DNA of 61,236 nucleotides from Clostridia bacterium (GCA_017625505.1 JAGAKV010000008.1:1-61236), one strand, 5' to 3'; positions 17,091 to 25,286 are shown, counted from the stretch's first letter. Notes: generated by a model from the sequence alone, not told the origin. Numbers and translations: made by a program.

Positions 17091-18302
17091 TTATTTAACT
17101 ATTTCGTTTTCTATTTCTTGTTTTTTAAATTCAAATGGGTCATACAAATATTCCTCTTGTATTACTTGAGCCTCTGCTGGAGTTAAATATTTTGTATAAT
17201 CTATATCATAAAAATTATAGATATAACATTTTCTCCAATCATCTGCAGGAACTTCACGTCTTATTTCATACTCATCCACTATACTTTTAACAACTCCATA
17301 GCCTAGATGCTTATTTGTCCTCCAGCCACTACCGTGTTCCACGACTGTTTTTGTTCTTTTTTTTCTATACCAATCCACACTATGAATTCCGCCACAATTA
17401 TCATATGCAGTTTCTTTTTCATTGTACCAGTTAATAGGACTAAATTTAGCATCTTTTTGATAATATAACTCACCATTTTCGTTACGCTTACCCATTCTAG
17501 TAAAAATCCTTGATAAAATTTTTGCTTGCCAATAATGTGGACAATGTATAGCCATAAAATTGTTTTTTGCATCTTCCCAAAATTCATCTACTGTCATATT
17601 GTAATAAGGTTCAAATAAAATTTGTTCTTGTTTAGTTGGGTTATTTTTAAGCCATTCCTGTGATTTTTTTGGAAGTTTCCAATCAAATAAATCTACCTCA
17701 TCAAAATCATAAACTTTATATCCATGCCATCTTAGGTTGTCTTTTTTGCCACCATATCCATTGTTTGTATAGCAAATGCCATCAAAATAATAATTCCTTG
17801 TAAACCAACTTTCACCTTCAGAAAAATAGCTATTCAATTCAAATAATTTCCAAAGAACTTGTGCCTGCTTTCGAGTACTACATTGTATAGCCATTGCACC
17901 ATTTTTTTTGGGGTCTAAAAATTTCCATAAACTAACTTTAAACTCGTGCTCCTTTGGAACATACCAAGGAGCTTCTTTTTTTGTTGTTGTAATGTTTTCT
18001 AAATCTACCTCGTCAAATTTAAAAATTCTCCATTTGGGTTCTTTCAGTGTTTCGAGTCGATAAAGAGAAGTTTCTCTACCTGTGTTTGTATAACAAAGCC
18101 TACCTTTCCATACTTTTGCATTGTTTACAAGATCGTAATTGTCACTCCACATTCCATCTTTATACTCGTATTTTGCATTATCAAAAGCTTTCCAAAGTTG
18201 TTGTGCTTGCTCTAAATCTTCGCACCATATTGCAATCAGTCCATTATCTTTTTCGTTCAAAAACTGATTTAGTGTTATTTTATATTGTTTTTCCATTTGC
18301 AC
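17091..18302 (-). CDS. Trp/Tyr-rich protein of unknown function made of three internal repeats
   Basis: Three modules share the pattern x(A/I)AI(W/Q/H)C....QA..L(W/S)..F ... CYTN.G ... (F/Y)DEVDL. No known motif was recognised. Confidence 0.7.
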   Translation of the reverse strand: MQMEKQYKITLNQFLNEKDNGLIAIWCEDLEQAQQLWKAFDNAKYEYKDGMWSDNYDLVNNAKVWKGRLCYTNTGRETSLYRLETLKEPKWRIFKFDEVDLENITTTKKEAPWYVPKEHEFKVSLWKFLDPKKNGAMAIQCSTRKQAQVLWKLFELNSYFSEGESWFTRNYYFDGICYTNNGYGGKKDNLRWHGYKVYDFDEVDLFDWKLPKKSQEWLKNNPTKQEQILFEPYYNMTVDEFWEDAKNNFMAIHCPHYWQAKILSRIFTRMGKRNENGELYYQKDAKFSPINWYNEKETAYDNCGGIHSVDWYRKKRTKTVVEHGSGWRTNKHLGYGVVKSIVDEYEIRREVPADDWRKCYIYNFYDIDYTKYLTPAEAQVIQEEYLYDPFEFKKQEIENEIVK

Positions 18303-18373
18303 TCCTAAAACTACAATAGTTATAGCATATTATAATTTATTTTGCAATACCTTACTAGGAAAAACTAAAAAAC

Positions 18374-18413
18374 GGGAGCAATTTTGCTCCTATTTTTAAA
18401 TTTCAAAATTTTT
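18374..18413. repeat. Direct repeat B, copy of the 17033..17070 module
   Basis: GGGAGCAattTTGCTCCtaTTTTTaaaTTTCAAAATTTT. Confidence 0.6.
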
Positions 18414-18464
18414 TTTGTTTTTTTTTGGATTTTATGATATGATGTATGTCAAAAGGAGAAATTG

Positions 18465-19172
18465 ATGATTAAAGCGGTATTGTTTGATTTGGATGGAACG
18501 CTGCTGCCTATGGATCAAGAAGTTTTTACAAAGACTTATTTTGGCCTTTTGGCAAAACATCTTGCACCATATGGGTACGCTTCAAACGATGTTGTGCAAG
18601 CGGTTTTAGCAGGGACTAAAGCGATGGTTAAAAATGATGGCATCATGACAAATGAAGATGCTTTTTGGAAGCTTTATGGGGAAAACTTTGGTGAAGAGAA
18701 GAAGAACGATATTGTAATTTTTGAAAAATTTTACAATGAAGATTTTGACAAAGTGCAGGTGTCAAGTGGTTTTAATGCAAAGGCAAACTCGGCAGTGGTG
18801 AAGGCAAAAGAACTTGGGTTTAGAGTTGTGCTTGCTACAAATCCGATTTTTCCAAGGATTGCAACCGAAAAACGCATGAAGTGGGCGGGGCTCAATCAAG
18901 CTGATTTTGAGCTTTTTACAACATACGAGAATTCGTCATATTGCAAGCCGAATTTGAAATATTATCAAGCTATACTTGATCGCTTGGGGCTTAAAGGTGA
19001 GGAGTGCCTTATGGTGGGCAATGATGTTGGTGAGGATATGATCGCCGCAGATTTAGGAATGAAAGTCTTTTTGGTGACTGATTGTTTGATTAATAAAGAA
19101 GGCAAAAATATTTCTGTTTATCCGCATGGAAATCTGGATGATTTGATGCGGTATCTTGAATGCTTGGCTTAA
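18465..19172 (+). CDS. HAD-superfamily hydrolase (subfamily IA-like phosphatase)
   Basis: VLFDLDGTLL motif I, ATN motif II, GNDVGEDM motif IV. AAGGAG lies before ATG 18465. Confidence 0.78.
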   Translation: MIKAVLFDLDGTLLPMDQEVFTKTYFGLLAKHLAPYGYASNDVVQAVLAGTKAMVKNDGIMTNEDAFWKLYGENFGEEKKNDIVIFEKFYNEDFDKVQVSSGFNAKANSAVVKAKELGFRVVLATNPIFPRIATEKRMKWAGLNQADFELFTTYENSSYCKPNLKYYQAILDRLGLKGEECLMVGNDVGEDMIAADLGMKVFLVTDCLINKEGKNISVYPHGNLDDLMRYLECLA

Positions 19173-19431
19173 CTGGTTTTTGAAATTGATAAAAGCACGT
19201 AGTAGAGATAATGTCTGTTAGATTGTACTTAGAGTTTGGTAGAATGAGGTTTAATACAGAAGTTAAAACACTGTAAGCTGGTGTTATTTAAGAGGGAATA
19301 TCCTGAAATGTTTGAACCTGCATATGTTGAGCAGAGGATAAATGTATATCAATTTAATTTCTTAATAGGTCAAGCTATCAAATGTAAAGATCATAAATGG
19401 ATATAAAGTTTAATAAGCAATTTTAACAAAT

Positions 19432-19466
19432 AAAAAAACACATCATGCATGATGTGCTTTTTTTTT
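19432..19466. terminator. Bidirectional terminator
   Basis: Perfect palindrome CACATCATG/CATGATGTG flanked by an A-run and a T-run. Confidence 0.75.
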
Positions 19467-19502
19467 AAACTTGTTTTATAAATTGGAAAGTTTTAACGTT
19501 TC

Positions 19503-20870
19503 TTATAAAAATACATCTTCACCGGCCTCGCGGTCTGGGATGTTTTGATGATTTTGGTTTAGATAGTCTACGTATAGGTCGCAGTAATGAACGATCCTTT
19601 CTGTGAGGTATTCTTTAAAAATCTCAGCTTCTTCTTTTGAAAGTAGAGGTACACCGTTGCAGGTCATTTTGGTGTAGCTGTCAACGATTTTGGTTATAAC
19701 ATTTTTTCTAACTAGTACGTCTGCATTTGCGAAGAATTCGCGACATGCTTCAGGGAAGTTTTGTAAAACATAATAGAAGTTTTTCTCGCTTGTTGAGCTA
19801 GCCCAAGATTGCGCAAGGTCTCGTACAGATTGATTTTGTTGTTTTTGCTTACTTTGGCTGATTTGTTGTTGAAGATTAATTGGAAGTTTTTCAAATACTT
19901 CTTTTGTCATGCCGCAATAAGGGTCGAATGTGAATTTAGTTTTGATGAGGTTGTTGCAAATGTCGCCGTAATCGTGTGTTGCTGCATATCTCATTTTGTG
20001 TGAATTTACGACAGTTCCGCCATTATACGCTGTGAAGTCACAATCGCCTAGGGCACAATCTTTCAGAAGGAAAGAGCGTGCAATTCTGCTGTGTATATCG
20101 TCAATCATCTTGTTGAGTTTTTCTCTTGGAACGTGCTTGTATTCTTTTCTTGCCATTTGATCGACAACTTCAATCCAATTTTCGATGAGGTTCTCGTCTC
20201 CATTGAGTTTGTTTGTACCGATATGGTATTTTTGAAGCGCCTCTTCAAAAGTGACAAGTCTGTCGCCGTCGATTGACGTGAAAGATTCAATTTCAATCCC
20301 GTCGTCTATTGACTTTCCATGCTCATCTTTTTGGATGTATAAAGATTTTCCGTTTGGTTTGAGTTTGGTTTGTCTAGGTTGAAGGAAATCAATTGACACA
20401 ATTCCAAAAGGCTGCAGTGTGTTTTTCTGACTTAAAGTTGGGTAGTTGTTGATTATTTCGGGATATTTTTCTGGATCAAACGCTGCAATGTAGTTGTAAG
20501 ATGTTGGGAGGTCAAGTGCTATTGCAATCCTCATTCCTAAATTTTCAACAATAGGACTAAATTTGTGCTCGAACGCGGACTTAAAGGTGGCTGATATTTT
20601 AGGAAGATTCTTCAGGTCGTCAGGCGTTGGTTTGTTGTAGTAAAAGAATTTGTCGTAAGCTGTCCAAACGGGGGAACGCTTTTCTTTTGTTTTTACCTGT
20701 AGCCCTGTGAGTGGATCGATGATTGTTGGTAACTTTTTTCTGTACTTGTTGATGTGTGCCAATAAGTCAGCAGGGAAGTCAACGAATCCCCAAACATTAA
20801 AACTTTTGCCTCCTGATAAATCCCAGCCTTCGTCGGCCAGTTTCATGTCAAGTTGTGGTATTTCTGCCAT
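19503..20870 (-). CDS. Hypothetical protein with a HipA-like kinase catalytic-loop signature (tentative)
   Basis: LGDCDFTAYNGG (D-x4-N), then HDYGD 22 residues later. This resembles HipA GATDGHAKN...FYD in both sequence and spacing. 455 aa. Confidence 0.6.
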   Translation of the reverse strand: MAEIPQLDMKLADEGWDLSGGKSFNVWGFVDFPADLLAHINKYRKKLPTIIDPLTGLQVKTKEKRSPVWTAYDKFFYYNKPTPDDLKNLPKISATFKSAFEHKFSPIVENLGMRIAIALDLPTSYNYIAAFDPEKYPEIINNYPTLSQKNTLQPFGIVSIDFLQPRQTKLKPNGKSLYIQKDEHGKSIDDGIEIESFTSIDGDRLVTFEEALQKYHIGTNKLNGDENLIENWIEVVDQMARKEYKHVPREKLNKMIDDIHSRIARSFLLKDCALGDCDFTAYNGGTVVNSHKMRYAATHDYGDICNNLIKTKFTFDPYCGMTKEVFEKLPINLQQQISQSKQKQQNQSVRDLAQSWASSTSEKNFYYVLQNFPEACREFFANADVLVRKNVITKIVDSYTKMTCNGVPLLSKEEAEIFKEYLTERIVHYCDLYVDYLNQNHQNIPDREAGEDVFL

Positions 20871-20880
20871 AATTTTCTCC

Positions 20881-21885
20881 TTAATAATTTTCTGTGTCGT
20901 GTAAATCTCTCTCGTCGCATTTTCCTTGCGTTTTTTCTTTTAGTTCGTCAATTTTTTCAAGCTTGTATATTCCTATCATTGATTGTGCAGTGGTAAATGC
21001 GCCGTCGGTAAGGGCGGCGGTTGCGTCATTTAAATCCATATGAGAGTTGCGTTTTCTAAATTCGTTGAACTGTTTCATTGCAAATTCAGGATTTGTGTGG
21101 TATGCGTCGACAAGGTGAGGAAGGAAAACGTGTCCAACAATATACCTAAAACGATAGAATTTGTTTTCTTTGTGTGTTGTGGATAGAAAAGTGTGAAGGT
21201 CTTTTGCTAAACGAATGTTGATATTTTTTGCGTGCTTTTCTTCTTGCAGTTTAAACCACTCTGGTGATAGGTTGACATTTAGAAAATTTGGAAGGGTTGA
21301 AACGTGTTTTTTTAGGTATTCAAAGAAAAGCTTTTCACCAAATATCCCCTCAATTTCTCCGACGGCATGTGTGTTGGGAGAAATGAATTTAGGGCCGATG
21401 TGTTTCTCGCTTGTTGCATGAAATATTTCATGAACGAGTGCTGCGAGTTTTTCCATGTCCGTTTCAATAGTGTTTGGAGACGTCTGCTTTCCCAGAGGGC
21501 AAACGATGGCAGTTTTGCCTATCTCTTCATGAAAGAAGAGTTGATTGCCTACTTGGTGTTGCTCTATGCGCCCAGTGGAGGCTGCTTCGTGAAATTTTGG
21601 ATGCTTTGGGTCTGTTATGAATTTAACCACAACGTTAGGGTGTTTGTTTGATAGGATGTTGAGAAAGTCGCTTTTAAATTCTTGATTCTTAAGCATGTTC
21701 TGTGCGAAATCGGTAAAAAGCGCGGAAAGTCTTTCGGTTGAAATTTCGAAAGTGTCAAACTTTTCTTCAAAGCATGTTGGGTACAGTTTTTGGCAAAGCT
21801 TGCTTTGAAAGTGCATAAGTGGCTCTAAGATTGGCTTTGTTTTGTTTATAAAGTTCAGTTCTTCTTGACGTTGAGTATGTTTCAT
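20881..21885 (-). CDS. HExxH zinc-metallopeptidase-like protein (M3/oligoendopeptidase-like core, tentative)
   Basis: LAALVHEIFHATSE, with downstream GEIEGIFGE as a candidate third ligand. 10-nt gap to the next gene. Confidence 0.6.
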   Translation of the reverse strand: MKHTQRQEELNFINKTKPILEPLMHFQSKLCQKLYPTCFEEKFDTFEISTERLSALFTDFAQNMLKNQEFKSDFLNILSNKHPNVVVKFITDPKHPKFHEAASTGRIEQHQVGNQLFFHEEIGKTAIVCPLGKQTSPNTIETDMEKLAALVHEIFHATSEKHIGPKFISPNTHAVGEIEGIFGEKLFFEYLKKHVSTLPNFLNVNLSPEWFKLQEEKHAKNINIRLAKDLHTFLSTTHKENKFYRFRYIVGHVFLPHLVDAYHTNPEFAMKQFNEFRKRNSHMDLNDATAALTDGAFTTAQSMIGIYKLEKIDELKEKTQGKCDERDLHDTENY

Positions 21886-21913
21886 AAAAGCTCCTGTATG
21901 TTTAAGTTAGGGT

Positions 21914-21942
21914 ATTATAGCACTTTTTTGAATGTTTGTAAA
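21914..21942 (-). promoter_or_regulatory. Promoter of the HExxH/kinase-like operon
   Basis: Minus strand: TTTACA, 17-nt spacer, TGCTATAAT. Confidence 0.5.
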
Positions 21943-21993
21943 GCATAATTAGGCGTTTAAAAATTTACTAAAATGGTAAACCGAATTTACTTT

Positions 21994-22012
21994 AATGATA
22001 ATTATTATCATT
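21994..22012. promoter_or_regulatory. Perfect 9-1-9 palindrome, candidate operator
   Basis: AATGATAAT T ATTATCATT, located 17 bp upstream of the -35 of the HTH gene promoter. Confidence 0.45.
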
Positions 22013-22028
22013 TTATTGTATATTTCTA

Positions 22029-22057
22029 TTGACAAAAAACATATATTTTAGTATAAT
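22029..22057 (+). promoter_or_regulatory. Promoter of the HTH/RSH operon
   Basis: TTGACA, 17-nt spacer, TATAAT, then AAGGAGA SD. Confidence 0.65.
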
Positions 22058-22080
22058 AATTTCACTTAAGGAGATATATT

Positions 22081-23043
22081 ATGAGCAATTTTCAAAAGAA
22101 TTTAAAGGTGCTGGCGGATAAGTATACACAAAAATACATTGCTGACCGCACTGGATTTTCGCAGTCAAGTATCAACAACTATTTGACAAAGTCAAGCGAA
22201 CCTTCTTTTCAGTTTTTGGTGGCGCTTAAAAATGCATTTGGGATTTGCATTGATGACTTTTTGTTTGCTGATATTGACATGAGTGAAGAGATAAGTTACG
22301 ATCGTTTTGTAGGCAACTATATTGTGTATTATTACAACAACAACGCTTATAAAGGCGAGGTGCATAATGCTTATAATAACACGCTTAAATATGGCATTAT
22401 AAGCGTTATTCGCGAAAAAGAGCTTGATAAAACGACGGTGGTTTACGGAACTTTTGTGAAGGAAAAAATCGAGGCTGTGCGTCTTCTTGAAAAAGTAAAC
22501 AAAATGACAGACAGTAAAGAGATTGTGGCATTTTATCAGCAACAAAAACTTCCATACAAGGGCAGCGTTATGGTTGTTGAGCAAAATATATTTATCGATC
22601 TTTACAGCAAGGAGATTGGGGACCGCTGCTTTATGATTTTCAACAATCCGCCAAGCAAAGTGAAATATATTGGTGGAGTTGGCACAATCAACACCGTAGC
22701 GCGCGGAAGAGAGCATAATCCATGCGTTCAGTTTGTTATTATCTCACGCAAACTTATTGATAGGCCAGACGGCGGAATTTACGAATGTCTAAGATTTGAT
22801 GATTACAGCGTAAACCTTGACTTTGCCATTGGAGAGCTTATCGACTTATTTAAGCGGTTGTTTGTGGAGAAGAATGAGATCTCTAGTGGACTTTCTGAAA
22901 ATCAAAAAATTGCTCTTGTTCAAAACAAACTTGAGTACTACTTTAATGAGATTTTAGAAGCGAATGTCTTTAGATTTTCAAAAATCTCAAACAAAGAAGA
23001 TGATATGGTGTATAAATTAATTAAGGAAGGGATTGATGTATAA
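22081..23043 (+). CDS. XRE-family HTH protein with a roughly 250-aa C-terminal domain of unknown function
   Basis: N-terminus LKVLADKYTQKYIADRTGFSQSSINNYLTKSSEPSFQFLVALKNAFGICIDDFLF matches the HTH_3 pattern. Confidence 0.75.
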   Translation: MSNFQKNLKVLADKYTQKYIADRTGFSQSSINNYLTKSSEPSFQFLVALKNAFGICIDDFLFADIDMSEEISYDRFVGNYIVYYYNNNAYKGEVHNAYNNTLKYGIISVIREKELDKTTVVYGTFVKEKIEAVRLLEKVNKMTDSKEIVAFYQQQKLPYKGSVMVVEQNIFIDLYSKEIGDRCFMIFNNPPSKVKYIGGVGTINTVARGREHNPCVQFVIISRKLIDRPDGGIYECLRFDDYSVNLDFAIGELIDLFKRLFVEKNEISSGLSENQKIALVQNKLEYYFNEILEANVFRFSKISNKEDDMVYKLIKEGIDV

Positions 23044-24475
23044 AGAACTTGATGAAAGATTTGAGGTGATACGAAGTCGCTTCATCAAAAAAGGGTATTC
23101 ATGCAATATGATTGAGCGTGCATACGATCTTGCCAAATTTCTGCATCGTGATCAAAAAAGAAAAGATGGCAAGCCATATATGTCGCACCCTTTGGAAGTG
23201 GCAATCATCCTGTCGAATTTAGATTTTGATGCGGATGTAATTTGTGGTGCGCTTTTGCATGATGTAGTTGAAGACTGTGGTTATACCCTCGAGCAGATTA
23301 CAGAAAATTTTAATGAAAATGTTGCCGAAATGGTTGATTGTGTGAGCGCAATTGACAAAGAACAGTATGTTTTTAACGATCGAGATATTTATGAGGATGA
23401 AAACTTTGAAAAGGCGTCTATTGAAGAGCAGTCTTTCAAAAAATTAATTGCGCTTGGCAAGAAAAATCCGCTTGGCTTTTGTATTAAGTTTGCTGACCGC
23501 GTGCATAATTTACGTACCATTGAAGCGTTTGCCTACTCAAAACAACTTGAAAAAGTTAAAGAGACAGAAAAGTGGATAATTCCAATTGCCAAAGCGCTTA
23601 ATAGCGAATATTTTTATCGCGCACTTAAGAATGAGTGTTTTAAAATTGTTCATAAAGATGAAAAGCAAGAATACCTATGGCAATACAACGCTTATCACAA
23701 TTCGAATGAGAAGATAATCAAAAAAATCGAGACCAAACTGCATGAGGTGTTTCTTAATTCTTGTGTATCTTCAATTTCAATTAAGCATGTGCGAGAATAT
23801 AAGGTTTTTGAGGATTTAAACAAAATCTATAAAAACATCAATATTGCTAAAGTCAGTCAAGGTCAAATGCTGCAGGTTGCAAACTTTAATATGTATCTTT
23901 TATATGAAAACGGCAAGTTTGAAGATGTTTGGGGAGAAATCTTTCATGTGATTGATACGAAACTCGACGGCTATTTGAAGATTATTGATGCTAAAGTTGG
24001 TTCTTTTACCAAAAAGCCGTATTTGCAGGTGGAAGACCGCTATAAAAATAAATACAATCTTTATGTTATGACTAGAGGGGAATATGTAATCCTAAGGAAT
24101 GGAACGCTGGACGGCCAAACGAGTTATATGCTTGATGAAGAGGATGTTGGAAATCTTGGCGGAGATTTTATGCGTATCAAAACGCCGTCAGGGGAAGTTA
24201 AGTTTGTCCCAAACAATTATACGGTGCTTGACTTTGCATTTAAGCTGCATAGAGATTTAGGTTTTGGGTTTAAGTATGCCATCATCAACGGGTCAAAAAC
24301 AAAAGCTCCTCCATATACGAAATTGTATGATGGGGATCAAGTGGAAATTGTGGTTGATCGAAATTTGAGCGGGGAAGTGAAAAATATGGCAGAGCTGAAA
24401 TGGTTTGCGTATGTGAATTCTGACCTGGCCAAGAAATCGCTTATTCATGAGTTTGAAAAAAGACTTAAAAGCTAA
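23036..24475 (+). CDS. RelA/SpoT homolog: intact HD hydrolase domain, degenerate synthetase-like middle, TGS domain, no ACT/RRM
   Basis: HRDQKRKDGKPYMSHPLEVA...ALLHDVVED...FADRVHNLRT (HD). The middle lacks the D..G.R and EVQIRT motifs. C-terminal TGS-like TPSGEVKFVPNNYTVLDFAFKLH...GDQVEIV. Overlaps the HTH gene by 8 nt. Confidence 0.8.
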   Translation: MYKELDERFEVIRSRFIKKGYSCNMIERAYDLAKFLHRDQKRKDGKPYMSHPLEVAIILSNLDFDADVICGALLHDVVEDCGYTLEQITENFNENVAEMVDCVSAIDKEQYVFNDRDIYEDENFEKASIEEQSFKKLIALGKKNPLGFCIKFADRVHNLRTIEAFAYSKQLEKVKETEKWIIPIAKALNSEYFYRALKNECFKIVHKDEKQEYLWQYNAYHNSNEKIIKKIETKLHEVFLNSCVSSISIKHVREYKVFEDLNKIYKNINIAKVSQGQMLQVANFNMYLLYENGKFEDVWGEIFHVIDTKLDGYLKIIDAKVGSFTKKPYLQVEDRYKNKYNLYVMTRGEYVILRNGTLDGQTSYMLDEEDVGNLGGDFMRIKTPSGEVKFVPNNYTVLDFAFKLHRDLGFGFKYAIINGSKTKAPPYTKLYDGDQVEIVVDRNLSGEVKNMAELKWFAYVNSDLAKKSLIHEFEKRLKS

Positions 24476-24482
24476 TCATAAA

Positions 24483-24520
24483 AAACAAGCAGTGCTTTCA
24501 ATAGCGTGCTTGTTTTTTTT
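24483..24520 (+). terminator. Terminator after the RSH gene
   Basis: ACAAGCA...TGCTTGT stem plus a T8 run. Confidence 0.65.
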
Positions 24521-24684
24521 AGTTTACAATTTATTTTGTGGGGCAAAGTGCAAGAGCGAAAGTAGGTCAATATTAAGTTTTTTAAAGAAAAAATCGATTT
24601 TTTATTAAAAATTATGTCGAATTTGCTTAATTATTGAATATGGAGTGATTTTTGAGGCAATAAAAGCGGCAGGAGGAAAAATAT

Positions 24685-25281
24685 ATGAAATTAAAAGACA
24701 GTCAAACTTTTTTGAATCTTGCAAAGGCTTTTGTTGCCGAGTGTAGCGCAAGGACGCGTTATGAGTTTTGTGAATATGGCTTTAGGATGAACGGCTATGA
24801 GGCTATTGCGACTCTTATTGATCGGATTGCCTATCAAGAGTTTAACCATGCGCGAGTGTTGTACACAAAACTGCAAGATGCCGAAATGCCTCAAATTGCA
24901 AATATTGATATCAATGCCGGGCTTCCTTTTAAAGAGAAGTGGAATATGCTTGACAACTTAAAGTATCTTATGCAAGACGAGGTTGATGAATCTCTTGCTT
25001 ATCTTGAATTTGAAAAGGTTGCAAGGGCAGAAGGTTTTGAAGAGATTGCAAATCTTTTTAAAATGATCGGAGAGGTTGAAAAAACACATGCACATGTGTT
25101 TGAAGAACTTTATAAACAAATGAAGGATAAAAAACTCTATAAAAAGGCAAAGGAAGTTGCGTGGGTTTGTCCAAGTTGCGGCTATGTAAGTTTTGATAAG
25201 CAGGCGTGGGAGACTTGTCCTCTATGCCAAGCAAAGCAAGGATACTGCGAGGTGCAGCTGCCTGAGGATTTGCGTTTTTAG
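24685..25281 (+). CDS. rbr: Rubrerythrin
   Basis: Two ExxH di-iron motifs (QEFNHA, VEKTHAH) plus a C-terminal rubredoxin CPSCGY...CPLC. Confidence 0.88.
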   Translation: MKLKDSQTFLNLAKAFVAECSARTRYEFCEYGFRMNGYEAIATLIDRIAYQEFNHARVLYTKLQDAEMPQIANIDINAGLPFKEKWNMLDNLKYLMQDEVDESLAYLEFEKVARAEGFEEIANLFKMIGEVEKTHAHVFEELYKQMKDKKLYKKAKEVAWVCPSCGYVSFDKQAWETCPLCQAKQGYCEVQLPEDLRF

Positions 25282-25286
25282 TGAGC

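Noticed and set aside
22192-22716. 174-aa minus-strand ORF inside the HTH-domain gene
   Set aside because: It lies antisense to a gene with a clear HTH motif, SD and promoter. Its translation is low-complexity and hydrophobic or basic, typical of antisense frames in AT-rich DNA. It has no SD.
24521-24684. PerR/Fur-type box upstream of rubrerythrin
   Set aside because: TTAATTATTGAATA only loosely resembles the TTATAAT-N-ATTATAA consensus. It cannot be distinguished from background in AT-rich DNA without a matrix scan.
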